Positions 22,584 to 36,299 of a DNA stretch of 64,000 nucleotides are shown here, piece by piece. Positions within the stretch are counted from its first letter, which is position 1. The number at the start of each line of letters is the position of its first letter. Under the pieces are notes generated by a model. It was given only the letters and a program-made list of their open reading frames with translations, was not told the DNA's origin and did no database searches. The stretch comes from Takakia lepidozioides (lineage: Eukaryota > Plantae > Bryophyta): NCBI GenBank assembly GCA_030704615.1, contig CM060734.1:20088001-20152000 (forward strand). The letters run 5' to 3'. The position numbers and the translations under genes are program-made.

Positions 22584-25500
22584 ATGGGAGAAGCGCACAG
22601 AGATGCGGAGAAGGAGTGCGATGATGCCTTCAACAGGCTCGATGAATTGCTGGAGCAGGCGGGAGGGTGTGTAGTGATCGATGGGGGCTTGGCAACGCAG
22701 TTGGAACGACATGGCGCGGACATCAAAGACCCGCTGTGGAGCGCGCTGTGTTTAATTACAATGCCCGACCTCATACGCAAGGTATTTACTCTCGAGTAGG
22801 TTGCATTTTTCTTCATGACTAAAATGGCGTAGGATTTTGTCGTTGAAATCCTTCATTTATGGGGGAATTGAAGGCAATTCACTGTGTCCGGAAAGTTGTA
22901 AGCTGTTTCTTTGTTCTCCCTGCCTCCACTGTTGTTGAACGCAAATATTTTCCGTGGATGACAGACGTTTCCAGCAATGTTTCAGGGATATTCTTCTTCT
23001 TCCACAGTATCGCATTTTCTGCATAATGTGTCATTCCGTGAATAACGGATCGTTCGCACCATCTCTGATATCCAGCTGGTTCATTTGGACATATACATTA
23101 CATTCTAACTTCTTGATCCTCTTTGTAATAGAAGGATTAACAATGCACATGGATCACGGTGTTGTTCACAATCCCCGCAATTTTCACTTGTGCGTACAGT
23201 TGCCAAATTTTGCTTGTGCGAGAGAAAGGTGTTGGCGTCTCCAATACTAGACGTCCTTTATTTGGTAGTAAGTACTTCCAGAAAATTACAAACAGAGTCC
23301 CTCATGATTAGAATGGAAGTAACAAACTCTTAAATGCATCACATGTATCCCATGCAGCTGCTCCTCAATTACTTACTTCAAGACCTCTAAGGTCCTTTGG
23401 TTTCACACTGCTGCCTGCAACATCATTCTCTTCCAAACAAGTGTCTAGTAATGCGTATACTTTGAAGGAAGTGAAAACGGGTACATTCCTGGAAACCACC
23501 TCAGCAGGAATAGAAGCAGACTTGTGTCCAATGCAAATCATCAATCCTGCCACTGGACTCCTCTTTAATTAACGGAAACTTCAAACGGAGACTGTCATAG
23601 CACCAGCCCTACATGTCCTCTCCACCTGAGGTATCCATGGGAACTGATAGATGAGTGGCATTCACTTTTAAAGTAGTCTTATGTGCTTCTTCTAAGAAGA
23701 TTCTTGCATTTTAATGATTGACAGGTGCACAGGGAATATCTTGAAGCAGGTGCAGAGATTCTGGCAACAGCCTCTTACCAGGTTTGCCTTCTTGTCTCCC
23801 CATCATCGGTTATGCTATGCTATTCACTTCTAAGACAGGCCAGCCTTTTCTTGGAGATTGTTCTAAAATATTCTTCTTTCCTTTATCTATTTCTATCAGG
23901 CAACCTTACAGGGATTTCAATCTAGGGGATTGTCACAAGAGGAAGGAGAGGCTTTACTCCGCAGTAGTATCACCATCACCTGTGAGGAACGGGATCGATT
24001 TTGGGCGGAATACCAGCAACAATTGCAGAATGGGAGTGTGGAGTTCAGGAAGTATCGGCGCGCACTTGTCGGTGCCTCCATTGGTAGCTATGGGGCTTAC
24101 TTGGCTGATGGCTCTGAATATAGGTATGCTCTTGTAATAGTTCTCGACATAATTTGAGGAGAGTCGCTCCTCACTCTAGTCCTGGGCAGATCAGTTTTCT
24201 TGCAGTTGATTGCTTCAATTGAATGTAGTCTTTATCAAATTTACCATTTATATTTAGTTAGATGATGACAGAAAGGACAAACCATGGGAATGCAGGTAAA
24301 CTTAGGTGGATTGTCGATGTATTAGGTTTATTAACTCCAGGGTCTAATTTGCGCTGATGCATTCATGCAAGAAGTGAACACAGTTGCAGCTGGAAGAGTA
24401 ACATTTAGTGCTATTCTCTCTCGGACAGATCTCTAAAATCTTAGAGATTATGGTCGTACTTGAACTGAAAGTAATGGTCAAGGGTGGGTGCAGTGGGGAC
24501 TACGGACCAGATATGACTACAGAGAAGCTGAAGGACTTCCACCGTGGCCGCCTGGTGGTGCTTACTAATTCAGGGGCTGATTTGCTGGCCCTTGAAACCA
24601 TCCCGTGCAAACAGGAAGCCCAGGTCTGCTTTCTTTTAAACACTTTTCAGAGATGAAGTTTCAGGTATCAATGGATCAGATTACAGTGGCTACCAAAGAC
24701 TGTAGTGGTGAGGAGCATGGCAACCCCTTTGCACTGTCTGGCCATATGAAAGAGACAGGATATTTTGGCTTTTCTTGTTTATGTTAGATGTTTGGGGGCT
24801 CGATAATCAACATGAGCTCACCAGAGGAGTGTCAAACTTAAATGAAGCAGTTTACAACAGGAGGTTTCATCCTCGATTTGTATGCAGGCCCTGATTGAGC
24901 TGCTGGAGGAAGAAGACATCAAAATTCCTTCATGGATTTCTTTCAACTCCAAAGATGGCATCAATGTGGTGAAAGGAGACTCATTAGCTGAGTGTGTTAG
25001 GTTGGCGGATAACTGTAAGAAAGTGGTTGCTGTGGGCATCAATTGCACTCCACCCTGTTTCATTCTTGACCTGATTCGCGCTGCTCGCAAGGTATCAATT
25101 CCCATTACTGGACCAAGTAGTGCTGTAAGTACGATTGCATTGCAGAACCCAATTATAGTTGATACTGAACTCACAGGAGAAAAAAGACATGGATGACAGA
25201 TGAAACTTTCACTCTCACTGCATGGCTCCGTTGTGTCTTCCTCGGACAGCTTCCCCTTTTTTCTGTATAGCTCTATGTGCACTCCTCTGAATTGCTTACA
25301 TTTAATGAAGATTGTTGTTTTGCTTTCTGTGAATAAACAGGTGACATCATAAACTGTAGTGATCTATCCAAACAGTGGAGAACGCTGGGACGCCGACAAG
25401 GAGTGGATTGTATGATTCCAGCTTCCGTTGACTCATTCCTTCCCTACAATGAAAATCTAATTGTTAAAGGAATGAATTCACAACCGTCTGCATCACAACA

Positions 25501-25762
25501 TCCATATGAGTTGCAGTCAAGTTCGAGAGAAAGTTGCAGAGGTGGTAATTTTCTCAGGACATCCATTCTCTCGCATTGTGCATGTTGCCAATGGCAGGAA
25601 TCTACCGGGGTTTCAGATACAGACTTTGTGTTATTTGTTCCGGATTGGCGTGATGCAGGGGCTCAACTTATTGGCGGATGCTGCCGAACAACTCCAAACA
25701 CCATTGCAGCCATCACTGCAGCCATCACTGCAGCCATCACTAACGCTTTACATGGGACTTGA
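22584..25762 (+). pseudogene. HMT: Homocysteine S-methyltransferase, 7 exons, with an in-frame premature stop
   Basis: Exons 22584-22781, 23725-23781, 23900-24123, 24494-24623, 24888-25091, 25341-~25408 and 25598-25762. Motifs [42 protein letters not shown] and [11 protein letters not shown] at 25350-25352 ([12 protein letters not shown]) lies before the Zn-binding GGCC motif. A sequencing error cannot be excluded. Confidence 0.85.
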
Positions 25763-26286
25763 CAAGTTCTCACTATGAAGTAGTGTTGGCAAGTGTTTGT
25801 TGTTTACCTATTCCTACAGGAGGTTTTCTCACACATATTTGAGTACATGTACTTGCACCCCGACAAGTTGAGAGTGATGAGCAGCTTGTTAACCTTACTA
25901 ATATTCTCATATCTCAATAATAAGAAGATTAAGACAGAGATAAGAAGAAGCGTCGGAATTGATGACTAGCGAGCCCCAGGGTTCCATTTGACCCACTAGC
26001 AATATCCAATGTGAACTTTGCACCCGACTGCCAGCAGGTTTTTGATATGTTACTTTCAAGATGGGATAGAAGCATGTGAGAGCAGTGACCACCCCAAGAG
26101 GTTTTCAATCTCTCAGAGCTAGCCAAATGTCTAGTGGTGAGGAAATCTCCAGCTTTAACATGTCACTGTGGGTTATAAGTTAGCATTTGACATCTGGAAA
26201 ACCTCAAACCTCGTTGTTCAACCTACTGCAGAAATGTCCTCGCGACAAAAATCTCTATATTTCATACAAACTACAATAGCCCCAAT

Positions 26287-29240
26287 CTACTCGAACGACC
26301 AATTCAAAGAGTCTCCTGCCCACATTGGCACTACAAATCCAGACCCAAATCCATACTGTTTTGGCACGCACCATTTCTCTCTTACAAGTGTCACTATACT
26401 AGAGTTTCTCGGAAGCCCGTAAAAATCTGGTCCATTGAAGCTCGCAAATGCCTCCAGTTTGTCAAGTGCGTCCATCTGAAACAGCCCCATCTCAAAGTGA
26501 AGCACACACACACAATAATTTCCGGACAACACATGGAACAGGGCCCACCGCATGCATTCTGAAAAAACGGCCACCCCCAGAAATACCGTCTCAAAACTCT
26601 ATTTTTCTTCCTCATATAACACAATGTACCTGATCAAATGCTTCGGCATAAAGGGGTAGAGCGAGTGGTGCACTGAAGACCCCAGCACAGCCACATGGGG
26701 CCTCCTTCATGTGTCGCTCGTGAGGGGCACTATCTGTCCCCAGAAAATAACGCCGGCTCCCACTTGTTACTGCTGCTAACAGGGCTTGCCCTAGCACATA
26801 GCCATAAAGAGGTGACATTAAGAGCAGAAATTCTTTCGTGTGGAATACTCCATGTATGTTTGGATTGGGAGAACGTATCGCACGAACAGTCCTGCAGCTG
26901 TTTGGAAGTCACCTCCTTGTTACTTGTCATTAATCTCAGCCACACATGACGAGCTAAGAGGATACACACACACAGAAAGGATGAGAGAAACCCACTGTGA
27001 AGCTCTCGCTTGAGCACAGGCAGGCAGTAGTTGTGAGGTTGAAGTCCACCTTGAAATATAGCATTTCTATTCAACAACAGATGTTGGGGAGTCACAGTAG
27101 CTGCAACCATACCTGCCAAACAAAGGGAACCAAGGCATAGACAGAACATCAGATGTTTGTGTATCATGTCGCTCTCTCAAAACTCCCAGTAAAGTCTAGT
27201 CAGTACAATCCTAAAATGTACAAACAAGCATCCAACCACTATTATTCTCATTGTAAGTTGAAATGCCATGGATTGAAGCAAGTTCGTCTCATACCGTCTG
27301 GGCACGATTCAATGAACTCCACTGCATCTCGAGTAGTGATGTGTTCCATGACTATTCTGAGCTGAGGTAGCTTGTTCACAAGGGGGGCAACTACCGTGGC
27401 AATGAACACCCGTTCACGGTCAAAAATATCAACAGTTGGTTCTGCGACCTCCCCATGAACCTGTAGAACAATAAGGCTAATTGTAACAAGCAAGGACATT
27501 GTCCCATGGGACTGACTCACAGTGTATGGTAAGTCAATGACTTGCACATCATATCACTACCTTCCTGTGACTTTAAATACTTGCACTTGAATGCTGCTGA
27601 TGTTTACTTACGCAAATTGGACTAGTATTACCAGTAAAGGCAGCCCTCGTTCCACCATTTCCTCAAGCACCGGCATGCACTTCCCAAACAAATCAGTAAC
27701 ACCCGCTTGTGAGTTTGTGGTAGCCCCAGCAGGATATAACTTGACAGCCTTCACCACCCCGCTATCTTCTGCCAATCCACCCAGTGGTTTCAATTTTGTG
27801 ACTACCCTCCCTTTCCCTTCCCAGTGGATATAGTAACTTTTCTTTCCTCCCTCTCGCCCCCTACCTTTATTGCTGGGCAGTTCACTTGAGGCTTGTGTGA
27901 AGGGGTTTCTAGAGGAATCTGGAAAGCCCGAACTAAATGTCTAAACCAAGGTAAGTTCCACTACTGGAGCGAGCCCCTCACAAAGGTAGTGTCTGTTCCC
28001 TCTTGTTCCACCAAAACTGGGCGCAGGGTCTATGGCGGGAAGGCTACAGCTTATGAGTATATCCTCTCCCCATGCCCTCACCAAGCATGACAGGAACAGA
28101 CTGTCATAAGAGAGAGAATCCACAAACATTCCATTTGCACCGGCCAGCTCACACCGAAAAAACCATTCTATATAGACATCTCCCATGTCATCCTAGACAA
28201 CCCTATTTATCATAACTTCCTGCCTCTCCATTAAATTCTCCACATCTCTCACAAGGGCTGTGGGCAACTTGGTTCTCACACTTTACGGTCGAGACGAGAA
28301 GATGGCACAAGCTACCACTTAATGGAGGATTGGAATTCCCCAAATTCTACCACATGTGAAGTGGAGACAGAACATAATTTCTCCTTCACTTGTAGGGCCA
28401 ATGAAATAAATGTTCCTTAATTTGAGTCTTTGCATGGTCAAGGTGTGTTTAGTAGATCAACTTACTAGCTCGTCGGATTTCATCCCTGGTTGTGACATCT
28501 TGGAGATAAAGGGTCATCAATGGCTCAAAAGTGCTGTCCGAAGGCAGAACCTTCAGGATGCGTTCCCTGTATGAAACTGCTGCGACCACACTTGTGACAG
28601 GAGGCATCAAATTGGGCATAATGATGGCTCGCTTAAACACCCCCGCACTGCACCACAAACACCATAATTACTTTAAATGTTGGATGAGATCCACCCAAAG
28701 AACCGGCTAGATGATAAGATCATTGTATCTATCACAGGGAGGTACAACATGGAACACCAGAAAGTATTCCATCTGATCACAAAAATAAATCTCTCCGAGA
28801 GAAGTTTTTGGAGGTTCAAAGTTCACATTTTGGAATGTCATGTTTGTAGCTTGTAACCTCCAGAAACACTACAAGTAAAACAAGTAACTGTGTCATGCAC
28901 TATGTGACTTGACCCTAAAACACTGGCATGGCACTGGTAAGCAACTGCCAGGTACATAACTTCCTTTCAAGTTTACCAACCATCAACAAGAACTCACTAT
29001 AATTTACTGCAAAGATAAGTTGAGATAGCACAAACAGAAAAGAGGCAATGGCCATGTGGCATACCTGAGAGGTGCCACAGAGGCAAGACCATCACCATCA
29101 CGAAGGTGGAGATGCCAATCATCTGGTTGAGTAAGGGTAATCCGTTGAATCTCACTACGTGTCCCAATGTCCGCATTCTGTTGGTTTGGTATTGTTGTGG
29201 TCTTCGCTGACATCACAGGAACCCTCCCTGTCTGCATACT
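26287..29240 (-). CDS. PYR4: Dihydroorotase (class II, plant PYR4/PyrC type), at least 7 exons; the transit-peptide exons may extend to ~30200
   Basis: Motifs [63 protein letters not shown] and [17 protein letters not shown] junctions stay in frame and no lesion was seen in the catalytic exons. Confidence 0.95.
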
Positions 29241-30713
29241 GAGGATTGCACACAATGGTTTGTGATTTACTAACAAGTAATTTAAAATGATCCGTTCAAG
29301 AACAGGACCAACTACTGCAAATCCACATGTGTGTTGGTCCAATCTTTGTAACATCTTTATGTTGGCTTACATGCTGGCCTTGCCCAGCCAACATGCCACC
29401 CTTAAACCCTGCAAAAATGTTCCACCTCAAAAGCATAGCAAACAAAAACTGCAATCAAGCAGGAGAAGTCACAGGTACTTCAAGATACTCTCTGTGGTCG
29501 CTTATGAGGGGTTCGATGTTAGCGGGTTTCTTAGTCACCCTCAATTCAGTGCCCAACTCCGGTGGCTTTAAGGGTAGTGGAGGACTGAAGCAGAGCCTGT
29601 GAACAAGTACTGATGACCCACCAAAGACCGATGAATACACTTCGAATAATGCAATGTGACAACGACGTCATAAGCCTGACCTGTGAAGCTCGGATGCACA
29701 GGGGTTTTCTGGTGAGGAGAAGCCTTCCACCTGTGCGTAAAAATCGGTTGGCCGTCAGAGAGTGCCTACAATACTAGCCCCGCGAAAAAGACACAGGCGG
29801 ATTCTTTCCAATTGTGCACCAGCTCATTCTGCACAATCTAAAGGTCAAGTACAAATGCAGCCATAGTCACCTAGCACACAAATACGCAATTGAAACAGTG
29901 ACAAAGTGATAAAGAGAAATGCCTGAACTGGACTGTAAACTCTTCAATTTATTATGATCCCCATAATCGACATTAGTCCTAATCACAACCAGTGAACCAT
30001 ATCATAGACATCTGAGGCTGTTCATGAGCTGAGCTGATAGAAACTCAGATACCGACACTGAAAGTAAGCAAAACAGGCCGAAATACATGTGGAAAGCTGG
30101 GAACAGCCCACCTGCATTGGCCCTGTGCTTTGGGAAGTACATCTGATCGCTGGTTGAGAATTGCAATGCGCCCAGCTGGGCTCCCTTCACCCATCCCGCC
30201 ATGCTTCTACAATGAGGCTCGTCTTCCTTGTTTGTGAAGAAAGCGTCAACGCTTGATACAGAGAAGAATCTTGTCTGCGTTCTCATTACAGTGTCCCTCC
30301 ATCACGTGACCACAGTGGATGTTAGGCTTTAACCTAAAATCTCAAACCGTACTTTAGATTTTACTTTACGGCTCACTGTCATGAAAATACAAGAAAAAAA
30401 TATCAATGAACGATTCTGGATTTTTAGTATGATCTTCGCATACTACATATGTTTGTATAATGTCCAGTTTTTCTAACTGTGAGAGAGAGCATGAGCTCTC
30501 TGCAGGCAGAGAATGGAGTCTTCCTCACAGCTTTCATGCATTCTGGATGGAGAGTTTACAGTTGGGTTGTGGGCAGGAGAGCAACAAGGATAACAGATAG
30601 AAGAGTGATTTTTCACGTCGGTTTTGGAAAGGAGGGTGCGAAGGACCACAGACAAAGGGAGTTTTGCAAGGGTTTTTTGTGTACAACTTGAGGAGGGAAG
30701 GGGAAGGGAAATA

Positions 30714-33700
30714 ATGGCAGGTGAAGTTTGTAGCCGTATCAAAGCTTCTCCAGGCGAAGCAACCGCTGGGGACTTTGTAAAGGGAAAGAGAAGAGCAGAG
30801 CAGCAAGTACAGGCTGCCTCAGGCAAGCATAGAGGCCTTCCAAAGAAACGGTTCTACCGCGCACGTGCACACAGCAATCCTCTCAGTGATTCACAATTTC
30901 CTGTGTATGGTCCTCCCTCCTCTTCTTCTGCAGTAGTGTGCATGGGACTATTCCCAAAACGCATAAAAAATGTCAAAGCACCTATTTTTGCAAGAATCTG
31001 TCATTTCTGGACACAATGGAAATATCTGGAACTCTCCTTGTTCTGAATTATGGGTTCTGCATTCCTCCTCATTATTCTCTCCAATTTTACCCCTTCGCAC
31101 ACATCAGGTGCGACCTCTCTGGCCACCAGGCTAAGTCAAGCAAAGTTTATTGAGACTCTCTAAGCCCTACACCTTAAACCCAGTGCTAAAAGGTGGAGGG
31201 GTACAGTAGTGGTGCTACTGTGAACATTATGCTTCTAGTATTTTGTCTATGCAAGTTCTTACATTAGATCAACCGGAGTGCAGCTTGCTATAGCACTGTT
31301 GCTATTGCATTTTGGACTTGAATTATATGCTGCATTAGAGTCTTCTGATGTATCCGGGCCTTCTTAAAGCTTGAGGTGCTCTGTTTCTCCAACTCTTCTT
31401 TTATCCTGGTCCCGCTCACCGGAAGCACCCCTTATCCTCCAAATGGTAATCAGCGGGATACACAGTGCAATTGCAGGCCTATAAAACCTGATGAATTTGA
31501 TTGGTCAGAGCACTTTCCAGCCTTCTTGCATGACAATGAACCAGCCAGTGATGAAGTCCCAGACTTCACCTTGGATACTTCGGAGAAAGAAGATGCAGCA
31601 AGTGGTGTCCTGGCACGTTCTGCTGAACCTGGTCAGTCCCCTTGTACTACCAGCAGTTGAATGGCATATGCTCCTCTAACCCAGTTACTGGTTGTCTTCG
31701 GTAGTTTAATGCTTCTGGAAACTCTAAATTGTGGGCAGGAATGGAATAGTCATTAATGTCTCATTCTGATACCTCTCGTTCTACGATGTGGAGCTGAGGA
31801 TGCGGTCTTACCAGATGTTATTGGACATATACTCAAAATGTGTTGATACAGGTGTAGTCTGAGAGAGATGTATTTATCTGAATACTGTATCCTTTGGGTC
31901 TATAGGGAGTAAAAGTCACTCAGATTATGCTTCAAAAAGTGCTTGGTGCTCCCCAATGTTCTGAGCAGGATCTGAGCAATGCACATATGCAGGAGATGAT
32001 GCTAATTTGTCCAAGGAAAGGGTATTCTTGATTTGTGTTTGTATGTTCCTTGTGGCAGATGGGAGAGATGTCAAGGTCCACTTTGCGGACATTGGTTGCG
32101 GTTTTGGAGGCCTTCTTGGTGGGGCTGCTCACAGATTTGATTAGTGACACTTTTGAAATGGAGTGTTGCATATCTTATGTGGAAGCCATTAGCTGATGGG
32201 CTACTAGGAGACACTGCCCTCTGGTTTCCTTCCATTCATTTTTCATTCATAGACCATGGATGACTGAAAGTGCCAGCAAGCTGATGAGAACCATTGAAGG
32301 CTCTCAACTTTCCAGTTTCACTACCATTTTGACAGCAGCCAGCTTAATACTCTGAGAATACTTTGCAAGTGCACATTTCTAATAAAATGCTGGATCTCTA
32401 CAGTAAAACTCTCCCCGCTGTTCCCTGACACACTTATGGTTGGGATGGAGCTGAGAGACAAGGTATGTTTTCAAGCCGTTATCACCTCTTGATCTTCTGT
32501 TGGGTTTTCCACAGCACTTTTCTCTAAGCAGGTTTGAAGAAAGACGTGGGTTCCAGTATAGTAAGAAATGAAAGGGGAGTGGGGCCGAGGTGGAGGGAAA
32601 GTGAGTGAGAGGTTGGGCCTCAAGCTGCCAAAGCTGTGTGCATATGTAGAACATGTCCTCTTGGCTGTGGACGTGGAAATGAGGGCTTCGTGTCGATATT
32701 GTGTAATGCCAGTGTTCTTTGTTGTAGGTGAGTGAGTACGTGAAGGAAAGAATCTTTGCATTACGTGAGCAACATCAGGGCCAGGTATGCTGTTTGACAT
32801 TCCAATGATTGAAAGTGATTAATGGTGTTATGTGCACAAAACTGGTGGAATTCTTTTGCTTTCTTCTGTGGTGAGGGCTTTTACAGTCTGTGGCTTGTCC
32901 TACATGAGTAGAAGACTTAAAGCTCTTTCTCCTGTGGCCTTCTCACAAAGCCTTTCTCAACACTACCTAGTGGTTCATATGTCAACTTACTTTGCAACTA
33001 TTTGGCAGCATTCCAATGATGATTGAATTCTTGTCTATGTTCATTGACTTCTTTATTGTCAATTGGAAAGTCTCAAATGCTATTATGTTCTTAATTATCT
33101 GTTTAACAACCAGGTGTTGTTCTTTTTCAACGAGTGCTAGACAATTGGTTTAAAGGCTACGATGTTTAGAGTCAGAAACAAAGCAAGAGAGTTAAACGTA
33201 TGTCTTTGCCTTTGGGTTTGGTGGGTTTGCAGTATGACAATATAACTGTGCTACGGACCAATGCTATGAAGTATTTGCCAAACTATTTCCAGAAAGGGCA
33301 GGTAACTGTTTGTGATTACAGATTTACCACACTACCCCACCTTTTTTTACCTCTCTTTTCCCTTCCTTTAGGCCTCTCATGGATGTAACAAAAATTTCAT
33401 TCTTCTTTTCTTTGTTTGTTTCTCTCTCTCTCCCCTCCCACGTTCTTAGCTCTGTGCGTGGTCTAAAGTCTCTGACCATCACGTGATGGCAAGCCAAGGC
33501 TGATAGTCCCTGTTTACCGCCTTGTTCACAGTCAATCATAGTGTCCCTGCTCTTCAATGTTTCCCTTGACTCCTCTGTTCAAACGCATGTGCATGGGGGT
33601 CCTTCTTGAGCCAGTCTATCATCTCTGACATGTGCCAAACTCCCAAGGAATAAGCTTCTGAAAACATAACTTGTGGTCTTTGTCTGAGGCCAGGACCAAT

Positions 33701-35132
33701 GTAGTCTTTTTGATAAAAGTTGTGCTGTGGATTGTGATGTCGCAGCTGCAGAAGCTGTTTTTCTTGTTCCCTGACCCACATTTTAAAGAGAAGAATCATC
33801 GTCGCCGCATTATCAGGTGCTTTTCTTCATTTTCTGCTCGCAGAAGCTGCTTTGCTAATAACAGAAATCGAAATGGCCTTTTGATAACTTTAAGCTTTTG
33901 ACATGTTTTCTGCATCCGTAACTTTCCAAGATTACATGTAGACAGCTAATTTAAGACGTGCTTTGACATGTGAAGTCAATCTCTTGGTTTGAGTGGGAAC
34001 TAAACATGGTAGGCTTGTGCAGCATGCCATGACTTGCTGAATACGTATACGTCATGGCTGTTGGAGGTACCTCATTCTCTTCTTTTGATTTGTTTGTAAG
34101 AGTCTGGCTTTTCTGGGAGCGGAGGGCAGAAAGAGAGAGACAATTGTGGGTGGTGGTCAGTGTGGGCTACGGCATGATTATCTTAGGGGGTATGAATTTC
34201 CTAGCAGCATCCCCTTTGCTGAGCCTTGTCAGGGACGTGATCTTTCCAAGCTTTGGTTACTTTCCAGAGATCATTATACTGATTGTGCTTGGATGTCATC
34301 GAGTTCAGCTACTGGTTGCAGCTCCAGTGTTCCAAGCCCATCTCTGGTTTGAGAGGCTTTTTATGCCCAATGAAAGCCTCGTCAGTCTTTTGATAGCTGG
34401 TAGCATGGACTGTATTGGAGCCTATTGCATTTGATGCTGCCCATTCACTGTGATAGCAATTTTGGGTGGGTGGTGCAGGGGTGTTATACACCATAACAGA
34501 TGTTCTAGAGCTTGCAGAGTGGATGAAATTGACACTAGATGGGCATACTCTCTTTGAGCCCCTAACTTCTGAGGAGCTGGTAACGACTGAACCGTTGCTC
34601 GTGTGTCAGCTTCAAAGATGATACATGCACTAGACCCCTCCTGCTTTGATGTGAGTGCCAATATTGTGGAACAGGGGTGGAATGTCAACGGGATGAAGCC
34701 AAAGAGACTTAAAAGTTCTCAAAAGGCTCTTTCCATGGGCAACTTCCTACATAACCCACAGGGTCATTTGGACACTGATGGCTGTCCAAAGTTACCAACA
34801 CAATTCCTCTTTATTTCTTGTTTCATCTCTTGCGATTGAGAGGACACCTAACCAGGAGGGGCACATGATGCACAACGCTACCACATCTCTGTATGGCAGA
34901 GGAGTAGGTCTATAGTATGTTCCTGTGTCCTTCACCTTTCACATCAATACCTTATCATGAGAAAAGGATCATGCATACATGGGCTGCAGTTCTACTTAAG
35001 GTCTCGAGGAAATTACTTCATGCCTATCACTGCTCTGTGTTTTGGATGTGGTTCTAAAGTTATGTCAGACTTTGACCTTCAAAAGGACGTTTGCGTGGAG
35101 CTTTTGTCGACAGCAACAGAAGAGGGTCAAAA
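30714..35132 (+). pseudogene. TRM8: tRNA (guanine-N7)-methyltransferase catalytic subunit (Trm8/METTL1), multi-exon, with a premature stop
   Basis: Motifs LPKKRFYRARAHSNPLSD, FADIGCGFGGLL, GMELRDKV, RTNAMKYLPNYF, FFLFPDPHFK, LYTITDV and TEEGQK. In-frame TGA at 34030-34032 (RRIISMP*LAEYVYV). The acceptor of the TEEGQK exon and the final exon are not clearly recognisable. Confidence 0.85.
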
Positions 35133-36299
35133 GGTAAATTTCTGCTTGTTTCTGTAACAAGAACAGCTTGATACTCACCAATACTCCAAAGTAAACTCTC
35201 CTGGAGGTCTTAGCCTATAAAGCATGCCGTCCTTGCCCTTAGAGATTGAATACGCATGCAAACTGTGTGTACTTCACTGAGAATTTAATATATGCTTATC
35301 ACCCAGAGTTGCTGTAATCCTCCTCAGTAATGTTGCTCATGAACCGTTGCTTGATTTACCGGTACTGCAATGTCTATCAACTCCAATCAATGCAGGTGAT
35401 TAGGTCTTCTTCCTCTGGCAATTTCAGGGGTTGAAAAAATACGACAATCTAATCTCCATTTAATGCCCTTTAAGCTGATCTCTCATCTTGTTCATTCCAC
35501 ATGGATTCTTATGATCTAAGATCTTTTCCGTCATTCTTGGGAACGAAAAGTATGTAGTAAGAGCTTTCTTGTATTCAATATGATTCCCATCTTCTTTTTT
35601 GAATTATACCAGGACAAGCCCACCTTACAAGTACAATCTTCCAACCCTAGCCATATACTTGGAATATTGACATGTAATTCCCAGTGAGGCTCCCCAGGGC
35701 ACATTTTGAGGTGTTCTTAGGTAACTCATGAGCTCTCTTCTCTGGCTCCCATTTCTAAACAAAAAAGCAATTTGCAAGAACCCTGAAGATCATCTTAATC
35801 TCTGGTTGTACTATACAAAGAACAGAAAGGATGATGTGACAAACCTACATGATCCAAACAGAGTTATGTCCACACTAAGGCGTGCTTAAGAAAGTTCAAC
35901 GTTCTCTCATGACTGATTAGTTTAGAAGCTACAATTGTTCTCAGACTTTCTGCCTGACTCGTAAGGGCATAGAGAACAGATTTGTTGTCAGTCAGCGGTG
36001 ACCTAAATTTGGAATCCGGAGAAAGACAACAGAATGCTGAGGTCAATCGCCGCCAAAAGACTAAATTCGGGGAGCCCTGAGACATGTACTCCACACAAGA
36101 GAAGGTGGGCACAAGGATAGAGCCACAAACAGAGAAGATTACCTCGGAGCTAAAGTCATAAGTGTTAGCTGCTCCTGTGTTAGGAGGCCCCTTGGCTTTA
36201 GGGGGGTGTTGTCCCCAGAATCGATGCAGCTAGTCAGAAGCCTGAAATTAATTGCAGGTAGAAGTGTAAAAAAAGAGATAATGGGCATGCAGCTTGGAA

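Noticed and set aside
25350-34032. Stop codons in HMT and TRM8 as recoding (selenocysteine, readthrough or U-to-C editing)
   Set aside because: The positions correspond to Lys and Leu, not Cys, Gln or Arg. Plant U-to-C editing is organellar and land plants lack selenocysteine machinery, so simple nonsense mutation or error is more parsimonious.
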